NCBI GenBank assembly: GCA_951406725.2
Contig: OX597816.1
Coordinates: forward strand, 13,268,001 to 13,332,000
Origin: Octopus vulgaris
Lineage: Eukaryota
Direction of reading: 5' to 3'
Length of the DNA stretch: 64,000 nt
Shown here in pieces: positions 26,381 through 40,038 of this stretch (positions are counted from its first letter, which is position 1; every line of letters begins with the position of its first letter). The position numbers were made by a program, and so were the translations under genes. Under the pieces are notes generated by a model. It was not told the origin of the DNA and searched no databases. It worked only from the letters and a program-made list of their open reading frames with translations.

Positions 26381-26582
26381 AAGGCTTCGAACAGGCAGAT
26401 TCGTTAGCATGCCGGGTAAAATTCTTAGCGGTATTTCATTCGGCTTTACGTTTTGAGTTCAAATTCCGCTGAGGTCGACTTTGCTTTTCACCCCTTTCGG
26501 AGTTAATAAAATAAGTAACAATTGACCTCAGGGCTTATGTTCTCCCCTGAAATTGTTTTCCTTTTACCACCATTTGGAACCA
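26381..26582 (+). mobile_element. SINE family B, degenerate
   Basis: GTTAGCATGCCGGGTAAAATTCTTAGCGGTATTTC...GAGTTCAAATTCCGCTGAGGTCGAC. Confidence 0.75.
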
Positions 26583-26815
26583 ATATATCGATCAATATAG
26601 TATTCTTTGCATTGCCTCCGCATGAATTCAAGAATTATGCATTAAATATGGAAGGAACTCAAAAACATGATTGAAATTGTTGCCATAATACTATCTTATA
26701 TGGGCACAGGTTCTGAACTATAATAATGATTCCAAATCATGATGGAAGGTCTGGAATTTTAGAAGGGGCTAAGTCAACTACATCAACCCCAGTCCTTAAG
26801 TGGTATAGATATTAT

Positions 26816-27047
26816 AAGGCGGCGAGCTGGCAGAAACGTTAGCACGCCGGGCGAAATGCTTAGCGGTATTTCGTCTGCGTTACGTTGTGAGTTCAAATTC
26901 CGCCGAGGTCGACTTTGCCTTTCATCCTTTCGGGGTCGATAAATTAAGTACCAGTTACGCACTGAGGTCGATGTAATCGACTTAATACCTATGTCTGTCC
27001 TTGTTTGTACCCTCTGTGTTTACCCCCTTGTGGGTAATAAAGAAATA
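26816..27047 (+). mobile_element. SINE family B monomer with perfect 14-bp TSD
   Basis: GGTATAGATATTAT at 26802-26815 and 27048-27061; sits inside an older antisense family-B relic. Confidence 0.93.
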
Positions 27048-27278
27048 GGTATAGATATTATCAACCCGGAAAGGTGTCGTCGATATATACATACTTATGT
27101 ATGTACATATGTGCTTCTTTTCTGTACGTACGTACGTACGTATGTACATACATACATACATACATACATACATACATACATACATACATACATACATACA
27201 TACATACGTGTGACAAGAAACATTTACAGGCCGTTTTCTTTCGACCGTGATATAATCTTAAAATCTAAGGTTACATCA

Positions 27279-27627
27279 CAGAGGTTCTCAACCATTTTTT
27301 TAATCTATGGTTCCCTTTGATTGCCATTTTATTCCGATGGACCCCATAGCCATTCGATGTTGAAAAGCTAGTTTTATAGAAACTTCTTTCAAAATACTCA
27401 TTTTGTTTTTCACACAATAACATGTTTTGGTTGAACTATATAAAATGTTCGAGAAAGAAACCCAGCTGTTTCTTGCAATACATACAAATGCGTACATTTA
27501 AATCAAACCTGTTTTAAGGTCCCTTAAAATACTATTGTGGATCCCCAATTACTATTTTATTGCTTGGACCTTAAAAAATCTTATATGGACCCTCAGGGGC
27601 AATATGGATCCCGGTCGAGAACGACCG
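27279..27627. mobile_element. hAT/Charlie-like MITE
   Basis: TIRs CAGAGGTTCTCAACC / GGTCGAGAACGACCG resemble CAGTGGTTCTCAACC-type ends; subterminal ATGGACCC repeats; TSD not preserved. Confidence 0.65.
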
Positions 27628-28240
27628 CCTTAGATTATCAAACTCCACACAAGCTAACAGTCCCTCAGTCAAATAGAAAACTAAATCGTTCAAACATCTT
27701 ACTTTAAGAAAAGAATATGAGCAAAATTTAGATAATTTAGTTTTCTCTAAAGCGTGTTGGTCTCAAATGGAATTACTTTATTCATGCATCTGCTCGATCA
27801 GGTTTGACAAATGACTAAACAGCAAATTGGACACAAGACGGTCTTGTCATAACAAAAGCGTTGCTACTTGAATAATATTTTCTATAAGCGAAGTGTCTAC
27901 GTTTTGCTGTTGTCCTCTTATTTTCACTTAACTGACTTCATTCTGTAATTCCGGTATTCTAAATGTACTTAATTCATCTTCATTTATTTAGAACATTGTT
28001 GTAAGAGAAGTAATCTAAACACTTTCGGGTTTTATAAATGAATTTCTACAATCGCATTGTGTAATGAATAAAAAGATCCTGCCCAGTTCAATAGCCATCA
28101 GAGTGCAAACCAATCAGCTTGGATTTGATCAACTTCACGCAGGCGCACATCCACCCACACACGCACACACAGACGCACACACACATGCGGCGCATTCAAA
28201 CGATCGCGTGCTGGTACATACACATGAATATACACCTATT

Positions 28241-28282
<42 letters not shown>

Positions 28283-28477
28283 CACATTCAAATATACACA
28301 CAGAGGGTCGCATACAGTGAAGGACAGAAGTTTAGACTTTCCTCACCTCCTCGCTCGCTGTGTCTCGAATAAACATACAAACAATCTAAATCTAAATACT
28401 AACATACCTTTTCTTGATACATGTGTCTGTGTCTTTGCATTTATGTGTGTACCGGTGTACACATATATGTTTATACT

Positions 28478-28558
<81 letters not shown>

Positions 28559-28641
28559 TTATATTTATATGTGTGTATATATATATATATGTTCATATAT
28601 ATATATATACATATATATATATGTATGTAAGTATGCATATA

Positions 28642-28717
<76 letters not shown>

Positions 28718-28861
28718 TGTATATGTATGCATGTATGTATGTATGTATGTATGTATGTATGTATGATTGTATATATGTATGTGTATTCATACAGAGACGC
28801 ACGCAGACACAAGTATATATATGTATGTATATATATAAATATATATATATATATACATATA

Positions 28862-28917
<56 letters not shown>

Positions 28918-28919
28918 AG

Positions 28920-28976
<57 letters not shown>

Positions 28977-28998
28977 TGTATACACACACACACACTCA
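28478..28998. repeat. Compound (CA)/(TA)/(TGTA)/(GATA) microsatellite block
   Basis: Runs seen directly. Confidence 0.95.
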
Positions 28999-29506
28999 CA
29001 TATAAAGAGAGTGACTTGTAGATTCCTTTGTTCGAATGTAAAGCCTTGCACGCTATTTAGACTTTTCTACATGGTGTCCACCTCATTTGCCGCCGTTGGG
29101 AGATAAATTAAATTCTAATTATTCTTCATTTTGTTTCTCTATTTTTACTTTAGTTGCATTGAAATTTCATTTGCCGTTAACTTCTCTTAACTTTGCTTAA
29201 CACGCTCAGCTCGTCTGCTTTCTGCCGGTATAATTGGACAAACGTATTCTTAAGTATAGGACCATGATATTAGTACAACCAGATTGAATGAAACTGAAGA
29301 TTTTATTGACAATGTTTTATAATCTACTGGATTTGATGGTGTTTTTACATAATATAAACACAAATTCGGATGTTTTACACATGTCTTAAAATATTTATGG
29401 ACAAGAAAGAATGTTGTAGCATCAATTCATTTACTTTTGGTTTTAGTAGAATAAAAAAAAATCATTACTGCATTAAAATGTATAGGTTCTTCTACAGTTC
29501 AGAAGA

Positions 29507-29818
29507 AGCACTCTGTCGGTTACGACGATGAGGGTCCCACCTGATACAATCAACGGAACAGCTTGCTCGTGAAATTAACATGCTGAGCACTCCACAGATA
29601 CGTGTACCCTTAACGGTATTCTCGGGAATATTCAGCGTGACAAAGTGTGACAAGGCTGGTCCTTTGAAATCAGGTACTACTCATTTTTGCCTGCTGAGTG
29701 GACCGGAGCAACGTGGAATAAAGTGTCTTACTCAAGGACACAACGCGTCGCCAGGAATTGAACTCACGACCTTATAACCGTGAGTCGAATGTTCTAACTA
29801 CTAAGCCACGCGCCCTCA
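29507..29818 (-). mobile_element. SINE family C (subtype C1)
   Basis: Reverse complement of the tRNA-like head GGGCGCGTGGCTTAGTAG...GAGTTCAATTCC; tail GTCGTAACCGAC shared with 33628-34522 and 61594-61912. Confidence 0.85.
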
Positions 29819-29864
29819 CATTATCAAAACATTTCTTAGAGAATGTTTACATGATTAATATATA

Positions 29865-30330
29865 TTGGGACATCCGTTAAAAAAATGCGGGGTTTTTTTA
29901 TACTTCTTTTATTTTTCAAAATTAAAATAAGCAAAGTTCTTTTTTAATCTAAAATATACTCTCATCTTATTCAAATTTCTTCCATCAATCTGGTAGGATT
30001 GCAAGGTCTATCTTCCAAAATTCACTTCTCCGTGACGAAAAATATTTCTCCAGTATTGTTCTGAACTTGTTCCGCAGAATTCATATTTTTTTCCGTCCAA
30101 ATGATTTTGAAGACTGTAGAATAAATGATAATCATATGGGGCAATGTCTGGCGAATATAGTAGGTAAGGCATTGTTTCCCATTAAAACTGCTCCAGCATT
30201 TGGAATGCCATCCTCGCTGTATGTGGCCGAGCATTATCCCGATGGAAGAACACCTTTCGTCTTGAAAGCAAAGATGCTCATTTTCCGATGGCACGCAGGT
30301 GTCGATGAATGGTTGAATGACCAAATCCAA
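29865..30330 (-). mobile_element. Mariner 3' fragment with right TIR
   Basis: Minus strand encodes YSPDIAPYDYHLF (mariner YSPDLAP(S)D motif); TIR TTGGGACATCC...AATGCGG after TA; homologous to 60312-61060. Confidence 0.82.
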
Positions 30331-30362
30331 GCAGTAGGGGCAGCAGCAGCAGCAGCAGTGGC

Positions 30363-30393
<31 letters not shown>

Positions 30394-31000
30394 TCATTAG
30401 CTAAGAGATTTCCTTAAAATTGTTAATATCGTGCATAACATGAAATGGCTTTACAAAAGGGCATGAAATTATACAAGGACCTCATCTTGATCGGAGCTGG
30501 CAAATTATTTGACTGTTATGAATGCTATGACAGAAAATTGGGTCCTGATACAAGGCCTCGAGCTCTTGTTTGATGGAGAAGAAACTCTCAATGAATCCGA
30601 GTTACCATATTTTGTGGCAGCTATTTTATAAACAGGTCCATTCACAGGAGATCAAAGAAAATATTAAAACAGCGAGAAGTAATGCTTCGAAGACTTTACA
30701 CCGGTAAACTAACAGACCTACGAACCATCTACAAACACGCCTCCGATTATCATTCGAAAATTTGTGATAAAATTTATAGAGTAATATTCGAAGGAACAGT
30801 AATAATTATATTTGTTTTGAAACATTTCTAAACATTTCTATTTTAGGATTTATCATAACCGACTGTAGGTTAACAAATGAATGTTTATATGTGTTCGATA
30901 TGGCGGCCGGGTATGTAAAGAAGTGAACGTGTCACGTTAGAATAATGGCGCCCCAATTGAAATTCAGTTATAAAGCATCTCACCTCTGTCTCTATCACAC

Positions 31001-31058
<58 letters not shown>

Positions 31059-31235
31059 CTTCTTTCATTCTTTCATTCCCTATTTGCCTGTTTGTATGCA
31101 TGTACACACACACACATATATGCATATAAATATCTAAATATATTTACATATACTTTTATGTATACATATATATGTCTATGTATATACATACTTATCTATA
31201 TATATATGTGTGTATATATACATACATATATATTG

Positions 31236-31606
<371 letters not shown>

Positions 31607-31693
31607 TTATATATATATATATATACGTACACACCATATGTGTGTGTGTTTATAAGCATGAAATACTTGTAGACATGCAAGTATGAACGTATA

Positions 31694-31728
<35 letters not shown>

Positions 31729-32964
31729 TCATGATAAGCATAAGTATTATCATACTCTCGCCCACATGGACATGCTCACACAAACGCAAAATACACCACA
31801 CATACACACAAACACACATATGTATATACACTCATACGTTCATAGATACAAAACACATGTAGCTATCTATCTAGGTTTATACGTATGTATAGACCTACAT
31901 TGCCACATAAACAAATGCAAAAGCAGTCCATTTACTTCTATACATGTATCTGCACGTCCATGCATATATTTCGAATCCTATACTATCATACGGTTTTCTT
32001 CTTGCCTACTGCTAACTGCGATTTAACGTTGTTTTATCAATCGACTTCAATCGTTTGAAGTAAAACAAAAAGTAAGATGTGATGGGAATATATGAAATCA
32101 TTTAATCCCGATATCAAATATCCTAGCCTTAATGCCAGCACCTAACATGATATCTTCAAAAGGACAAACCGTTTCATTGTATTGTTTCAATGGGAATTGA
32201 TTCTCTGTTGTTATAGGAAGCAATAAGGAATCCGCTATTTATGTTTACTCAAGCCATTTGAGCTTTAACAAAATGTTTTATACATACACAGCCTTACTTA
32301 ACATTGACATATGTGAAGTAGGATGGAATTATTCAACACGTTTTATATTTATTTTTTTGTGGTTGTTTAGCAAGCATTAAGCATTGGCTTGCTGTTTTTC
32401 TTGTTCTGTTTTTGAGGTTATATTCAGGAATTTTACGAGCTATATCTCTGAACCAACTTCATTGAGGAATGAACGTATATTGGTATCAGCGATAGAGGGG
32501 AGAAAGGAACAAAGATTTAGGTTATTGAATAACGGAAGAAGGAAAAGCGACAGAATAAAACGAACTACTTAAGCTCTATGTTGAGAGGATGGTTTTAAGA
32601 ATAAGAGAGAAGTTTGATTAGATGTAATGTGAATGAAGCGACCTGCAATATGGTTGACTAGTTTTGGAACCTGTAAGCGAGGAGCAATGTCAATTGATCT
32701 CCGTGCCAGATTTTATCGAAGTCTTTCCTGATGTCAAGTCAAGTGTGATAACCGCGTTTCCTTAAACATAAGACCAGATGCACGTGACCTGGGAGAATAC
32801 TCGAATAGTGGATCTGCTTCTTAAATATCTTTATTGATTGTACATCGAGGAAGAGAAGATATCCGAAGATAATTTATTTGGAACTTCATACGTCCAATGG
32901 GGATCGTTTTCATTCTCTATTCTATGACATACAGGAATGTCGTATGCCCGAGTATTAGCAATAG

Positions 32965-33540
32965 ACTGAAAGCGTGCGGCCTAGTAATATGAGAGAGCGG
33001 CACTCACGATCATGGAGATCGTGTGTTCGATTTCTTATTTCTTTATTGCCCGCAAGGGGCTAAACACAGAGGGGTCAAACAAGAACAGACAGACGGATTA
33101 ATTCGATTATATCGACCCCAGTGCGTAACTGGTACTTATTTAATCGACCCCCAAAGGATGAAAGGCAAAGTCGACTTCGGCGGAATTTGAACTCAGAACG
33201 CAGCGGCAGACGAAAATACCTATTTCTTTATTACCCACAAGGGGCTAAACATAGAGGGGACAAACATGGACAGACATAGGTATTAAGTCGATTATATCGA
33301 CCCCAGTGCGTAACTGGTACTTAATTTATCGACCCCGAAAGGATGAAAGGCAACGTTGACCTCGGCGGAATTTGAACTCGGAACGTAAAAACAGACGAAA
33401 TACCGCTACGCATTTCGCCTGGCGTGCTAACGTTTCTGCCAGCTCGCCGCCTTCTGTTCGATTTCTGGTGTTGCTGTGTGTGCTTGAGCAATACATTCTA
33501 TTTAACGCTGCTCTTTTCTACTCACTTATAAATGAGCAAC
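32965..33540 (+). mobile_element. Old SINE family C copy split by a SINE B insertion
   Basis: Head GCGTGCGGCCTAGT...GTTCGATTTC resumes at 33455 with GTGTGCTTGAGCAATAC. Confidence 0.65.
33036..33453 (-). mobile_element. SINE family B dimer with 12-bp TSD
   Basis: TGTTCGATTTCT at 33024-33035 and 33455-33466. Confidence 0.92.
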
Positions 33541-33627
33541 GGTTAAGAGGTGGAACATCCCTCTCCCTTCAAGTTATCACATTCTCGAATTTGAGAGAAT
33601 TGAGATGGTGTCTATATCTGCTCGTAA

Positions 33628-34522
33628 AGGAAGACACGTAGCATAGTGGTTAAGAGTATTCGGCTCACGATCCTAAGGTCGTGCGTTCGATTCCCGGCGG
33701 CGCGGTGTCTCCTTGAGCAAGACACTTAATTTCACGTTGCTGCAGTCCACTCAGATAGAGCAACATGAAATCAGTTGTACCTGTAATTCATAGATCTGCG
33801 CTTGTCGATTTCTGTGCCACACTGAATCTTCCTGAGAACTGGCGTTAAGAGTACGAGTGTCTGCGGGTTGCACAGCCACTTCTACGTTAATATCAGGAGC
33901 AAGCTAAGGCGGCGAGCTGACAAACATGTTAGCGCGCTGAGTATTTCGTCTGCCTTTACGTTCTGAGTTCAAATTCCGCCGAGGTTGACTTTGCCTTTCA
34001 TCCTTTCAAATGCGGCGAGCTGGCAGAAACGTTAGCCCGCCGGACGAAATGCTAAGCGGTATTTCGTCTGCCGTTGCGTCCTGAGTTCAAATTCCGCCGA
34101 GGTCGACTTTTGCCTTTCATTCTTTCGGGTGCGATTAAATAAGTACCAGTTACGCACTGGGGTCGATATAATCGACTTAATACCTATGTCTGTCCATGTT
34201 TGTCCCCTCTGTGTGTAGCCCCTTGTGAGCAGTAAAGAAATAAGAAACTTTAGCACGCCAGGTGAAACGCTTGGCGATATTTCGTCTGCCGTTACGTTCT
34301 GAGTTCAAATTCCACCGAAGTCGACTTTGCCTTTCATTCTTTTCGGGGTCGATAAATTAATTACCAGTAGCGTACTGGGGTTGATCAAATCGACTGATCC
34401 CCTTCTCCCCCCCCCCCCAAACAATTTGGGTCTTGTGTCTAAAGTTGAAAAGAATGTCAGGAGAAAGCTGTGGCGTCGATTGGGTCAACTGGAAACCTAT
34501 GTGTCGTAACCAACGGAGTGCC
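33628..34522 (+). mobile_element. SINE C1 interrupted by a SINE B composite (33906-34455)
   Basis: TSD TCAGGAG(C/A)AAGCT at 33893-33905 and 34457-34469; C1 tail resumes to GTCGTAACCAACGGAGTG. Confidence 0.85.
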
Positions 34523-35216
34523 GGCTTTTATCTACTCGCAACCTAAAAGGGAACCTAAATAAATTAATTAAGCGAAGAAAAAACTGTCGGATCGTACTCG
34601 CTTAGCCTAATGCCTGCTAAACGGTAATACAGTGTTAAACTTTTGAGAAGACACATTAGATAAAATGACGGTTTCTGTTTATCTCCGGTACAGTATTGCT
34701 TGGGAGGATCTCTGATAACAATGACTAATCATTATAATGAGCTCATCGTTGTTTTTGCTTTAAGAGAGAAAGGTTATTAACAGAAGATAATTGGCTTCTA
34801 TATCTATCAATTCATTCCTCCAGGTAGATGTTCTTTAATTGGTACATGGAAAGATATTTTACACATGTAGGATTAGATAGAAAAATGTAAATAAACGACA
34901 GAAAATGGAATGAACAACATTCTCTATTTAAAATCTCAACAATTCTTTCGACACACTTTTACACGTGTTGTACGTTGGTGAGATGCTGTGTTATTATTAT
35001 CATTCATCCAAGGTGTTAAGGTGGACATACTCAAGTAATTGTTTAAATACGTGTTTCGTTAGATCTTCTTACCATTTCACTTAGAGTGAGGATGCATACC
35101 CAAGCTGAAACGCCATTTTCAAGAGATTATATTGTCTTTGTTGTGTTAAAATCATCCTTCAATGCATCGCAGTCCGACGATGGCTTAACTCTCAATAATA
35201 TTCCTGCTTAAGAATA

Positions 35217-35249
<33 letters not shown>

Positions 35250-35293
35250 TGTATGTATGTATGTATGTATGTATGTATGTATGTATGTATGTA

Positions 35294-35327
<34 letters not shown>

Positions 35328-35337
35328 CATGTATGTA

Positions 35338-35631
35338 CGAGACAGATGAGTGACAACCTGGCCACTGGTGGTGGTGTTACACACCATACTAATCATATCT
35401 GTCAGGCATGTGGAAGAGAGTGTAATTCGGCAGGAGGACTTAAACGACATGCAAAGGTACATGAAGCCCAGTTACAACTACAGCTGGCTATTACCGGTAA
35501 ATGTTTTAGCTGCCAATTCTGTACAAGATATTGTAGATCTTTAGCTGGGCTAAAAAGTCACATTCGATCACAGCACCAATAACAGTTAAGCTTCGTGCAA
35601 TGGCCATACTCGATAACGAGGGGCAGCCATC
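35338..35631 (+). mobile_element. RTE-like LINE extreme 3' end with two C2H2 zinc fingers, 3'UTR and (ATGT)n tail
   Basis: HICQACGRECNSAGGLKRHAKVH and FSCQFCTRYCRSLAGLKSHIRSQH*; short 3'UTR TGGCCATACTCG..CGAGGGGCAGCCATC; flanked on both sides by (ATGT)n. Confidence 0.75.
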
Positions 35632-35909
35632 ATGTATGTATGTATGTATGTATGTGTGTATGTATATAAATTAGATTAAGTTGAAGTAGGTACTTAAATT
35701 GAGGCAGCTTGTTAGAACGAACTTATTTACACACTCAAACAATATCAGGTGAGCATCAAAATTATTTTTCTCCCGATATTCATGCAGTGTATGCAGATGG
35801 TACGATCCAATTTAGTGAATAAACCCGCTCTTGCTTGTTCAGACATATACTTTATATAAAGATACTTTCCAAATACTTCCGAAGTGCAGATTCCAGGGTA
35901 GGTGAGTAA

Positions 35910-36312
35910 AATATAAATGAGTAACAAAGATGTATTAATGTCAATTCATTACGGCCGTTTCGAGTGACTCCTTTAATTGATTAATGAAAGCATTGCTTCA
36001 TTACAAAGAAAACCGTTCTCATCTGATGGCCGCATAGACCTCAAGCAAAAAGGACAAGTTAGATATGTAAACATATTCATATCATCAAAGGAGAGCAAAT
36101 ATTTACAATTATTCTGCTGCTAAATTTTTAGGCAGAATGATATGAATATATTTACAATTCTAACTTCTCCTTTATGTTTGAGGTATATGCGGTCATCTGA
36201 TGAGAACGGTTTTGTTTGTAATGATGTAATGCTTTCATTGATCAACTAAAGGTTTCGCTCGAAACGGCCGTAATGAATTGACAGTTATATGTCTTTGTTA
36301 CTCATTTATATT
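35910..36312. mobile_element. Fold-back element, ~176-nt arms (35910-36085 / 36137-36312), probably derived from a Penelope-like element
   Basis: Arms are reverse complements; each contains a hammerhead motif. Confidence 0.8.
36193..36276 (+). ncRNA. Type-I hammerhead ribozyme (canonical core)
   Basis: TCAT-CTGATGA(36197-36203)-GAACGG...TCGCTC-GAAAC(36261-36265)-GGCC-GTA(36270-36272)-ATGA; stem I TCAT/ATGA, stem II with one mismatch, palindromic ACGGCCGT stem III. Confidence 0.75.
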
Positions 36313-36317
36313 GTATG

Positions 36318-36351
<34 letters not shown>

Positions 36352-36935
36352 TGTATGTATGTATGTATGTATGTATGTATGTATGTATATGCCTAAAGGT
36401 TAACGGGAAACGGAGAATTACTAGAAAGGAAGAATTTATGATATGGTAATTAATAAGACTTCACTTGTCTCTGTTGCCCAAATATTCATCACAGTCCATT
36501 TTTCTGAGTTGATTCTTGTCTAAATTATAGAAATTTTGTTGGGAACATTTACCTTCTATATAAATATATCCCCGTTGGATACAAGGTATTACAGCTGCTG
36601 TCTTGATGACACCTATTGAAACAGAAGCATGTGTCCATAGTTCTCCTGAATGTCTCTACACAACGTGATCGTTTCCTCCAATAGCATCTCAGTTTTATAG
36701 AATTCTTGCTTCCTGTGATTGTGTCTCCCTCATATTTGGAGATTGCCAATTGTCACTAGGTTAATTGATTTATATTTTCCTGGAATTGCAGATGGTTTTA
36801 ATAAATCTAAACTTCCTCCTGTCTGGTACTTAATATAAATTCGTTCGTCATCTTTGCCATTCAAATACACGCCCCAAGCCATTTTTGTGTAACATGTATA
36901 AATACGTACACACACAAGTGTGTGCGTGTATATAA

Positions 36936-36993
<58 letters not shown>

Positions 36994-37068
36994 ATATGTA
37001 TATATATATATGTATGTATATATATGTATATATATATATATATATACATATATACGTGTGTGTGTGTG

Positions 37069-37107
<39 letters not shown>

Positions 37108-37221
37108 GGAGAAATATATGTACATATACACGAACATATAATATATATATACACATATATGTATACATATACATATATGTATGTAGGTCTCTCTATATGT
37201 GTGTGTGTGTGTACATATCCT

Positions 37222-37368
37222 AGGTAACATAGCGTTTTAGCAAAAGAAACCGATAGAATAAGTACGAGGCTTTAAAAAATAAGTACTGGGGTCGATGCAT
37301 TAGTCAATAAAGTTTTTCAAGAAGGTGCCCCAGCATGGCCGCAGTTTAATGACTGAGAAAGTTAAAAA
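37222..37368 (+). mobile_element. SINE family A 3' fragment
   Basis: ACCGATAGAATAAGTAC...GGTGCCCCAGCATGGCCGCAG. Confidence 0.75.
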
Positions 37369-38532
37369 ATAATGTGTATGCATGTGTGTATATGTATGCA
37401 TGTTTCTATGAGTATATATATTTCTATATGTATGTGCATGTGTGTGTGTGTGTTTGTGTTTATGTGTGTGAATATATACCTTTACGTATGTATATATTTA
37501 TGTATGTATGTATGTATGTATGTACGTATGCATGTACGTATGCATGTATGTATGTATGTATGTATGTATGTATGTATGTATTTATGTATGTATGTATGTA
37601 TGTATGTATGTATGTATGTATTTATATACACGTGTATGTGAATGTTTGCATGCATGCATGTATATATTGTTGTACGTATGTATGTATTTATATTTATATT
37701 GTCCTTTTGAAAACTTAAAACGTAGTTTTAACTCACAGAACGAAGCGAAAAGAAACAATCTAATATGAGTGCCATTCGAAAGAGAAGATGTGGAACCATT
37801 AGATCGAAACTAGATTAACGAAAATAAATGATTCTTTTCCAAAAATGTAGAATCACTCAAAGAATCTTGTCTTTTCAACCAACAAAATGTCTCATAGTTC
37901 TGTGTTTTATGTTCTGTTTTTTCCCCCTTGATTATTAGAAAAATCGATTTTCTTCCCTGCTGCTTAGACAAGCAGGTGCTTTACTTTCGAATGCTGTCAG
38001 ATGTGGGTGGAATCAGACGAGGAGAATGAATATTTTACAACGAAATTGTTATATAAAATTGACAAGCTCTGAAAACAAATTGCTTATACTTTCGGTGTAA
38101 CTAGAGCCGGTTTATACATCATATAATACACTAATATTAAAAAATACGAAAGCACTCGAAATATACTAAATTTACAAACGCTTCGAGCGTAGTAGATACA
38201 ATGGCTAAGGTACATTTTAAGACTGCTCGAGTTTGCATTATATAAACTTCTGTAATTTTAATTATCGACGTGGGAAAGACGATAATGTTGTGTGCAACGA
38301 GCTTTGAACACAGAATAAAGCCGGTACATGTGTCACAAAGTATTTTCTCGATGTTCTAACGACTTCTCCTTTAAACTGTTCCTTACTTTATTTCTGAAGC
38401 CTAAAATTCGTCAATTTCGAACGAACTTATTTTACGTTTCCTAAAGCTTTTCTTTACACATTCCCCAATCCTTCTTTCATAGTATACGCTGAATTTTACT
38501 CGTGTATAGTTTCTCTGTCTCACTTTCTTTCC

Positions 38533-38876
38533 ATACATACATACATACATACATACATACATACATACATACATACATACATACATACATACATACGTAC
38601 GTACGTACGTACATATGTACGTACGTACATACATGCATACATACATACATACATACATACATACATACATACATACATACATACATACATACGTACGTAC
38701 ATACATGCATGCATACATACATACATACATACATACATACGTACGTACGTACGTACGTACATACATACATACATACGTACATACATACATACATACATAC
38801 ATACACACACACATACATACATACATACATACATACATACATACATACATACATACATACATACATACATACATAC
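38533..38876. repeat. (TACA)n/(TACG)n microsatellite
   Basis: Run seen directly. Confidence 0.96.
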
Positions 38877-39955
38877 GCACGCACACCATGTTCTCTGTTT
38901 TTTGTCTTAGTTGCCGTACACATTCGCTAGCTTTCTTATAAAGGGGTCTAATGCTTTTAGCTTTTTGGGGGGCAACCAGATCGAACCGTTTCATGTGTAA
39001 CTGACTAAATGGTCGTGACTTCTGGGACTTGACTGAAGAAAGAAAGCCACGAATGACCCGTCTTTTTTTGCCTGTCCTTCCAATTGTTGTTTCTCTTGTC
39101 CGCCTTTGTATCGTCTATCTATCCGAATGTTTTTGTTCCATTTATACATTATATATATGTATAGTAATGTTTGTCGCCACTTTAACGTGGCTGTTCCGTA
39201 AGGATAGACGTTACTAACCCCAAGAGGACATTTCCTCTAGCTGGTTAACGATGCAACCTGCATCCGATATATATTATAAGCAGGGGAGCGAACTCCTTTC
39301 GCTTTCTAGCGACAGGACCAGCAGACCAGCCTGGTTTCGGGGTATTTCTGCCCTTCCACAGCGCTGGACACCTAATCTGCTACAGATGGCTGTATTTCGC
39401 TCATGTTTACAATATGTAGACGTTCAAGTGACATTTGGTTGCTGATCTTGCACTAAGCAAAGCGGCTAGTTATATAATCTCTGTAAGAGATGAAAGCAGT
39501 AACTGTACTGGCAGATAATGCTTGTCGCCACATCAACATGGCTGTTCCATAGGAACATTCATACATATGTGCGTAAATAATATATATGTGTGTATGTGTG
39601 TGTGTCTATATATACATATATGTATATATATATGTAATATAGAAAAAAGTTTTCAAAAACATTTTTCAGTGGCCAGCATATTAAAAAATATATTTTAGGG
39701 TGAAAATCATAAACAGCTTATAAATAAGGGCAAAAGAAAAGATTCCGATGCCAAATATGCCGAGAAATAGACTTTAACTCGTCAATAATCACATATAATT
39801 CATCACCAAATGCACGCGTCTTGAAGCAACCTCACAGAAATGTTCGTTAAAGTTCCGTTATTACCGAATCGGTCCGATTTCTGAGTTAATTCATAAAGAA
39901 TTTTCTCATCAGCAGCGGTAAATACGTTAAGAAATAGATGCTCTCATTCAAAAGT

Positions 39956-40014
<59 letters not shown>

Positions 40015-40038
40015 TTATTTATATATATATATATATAC

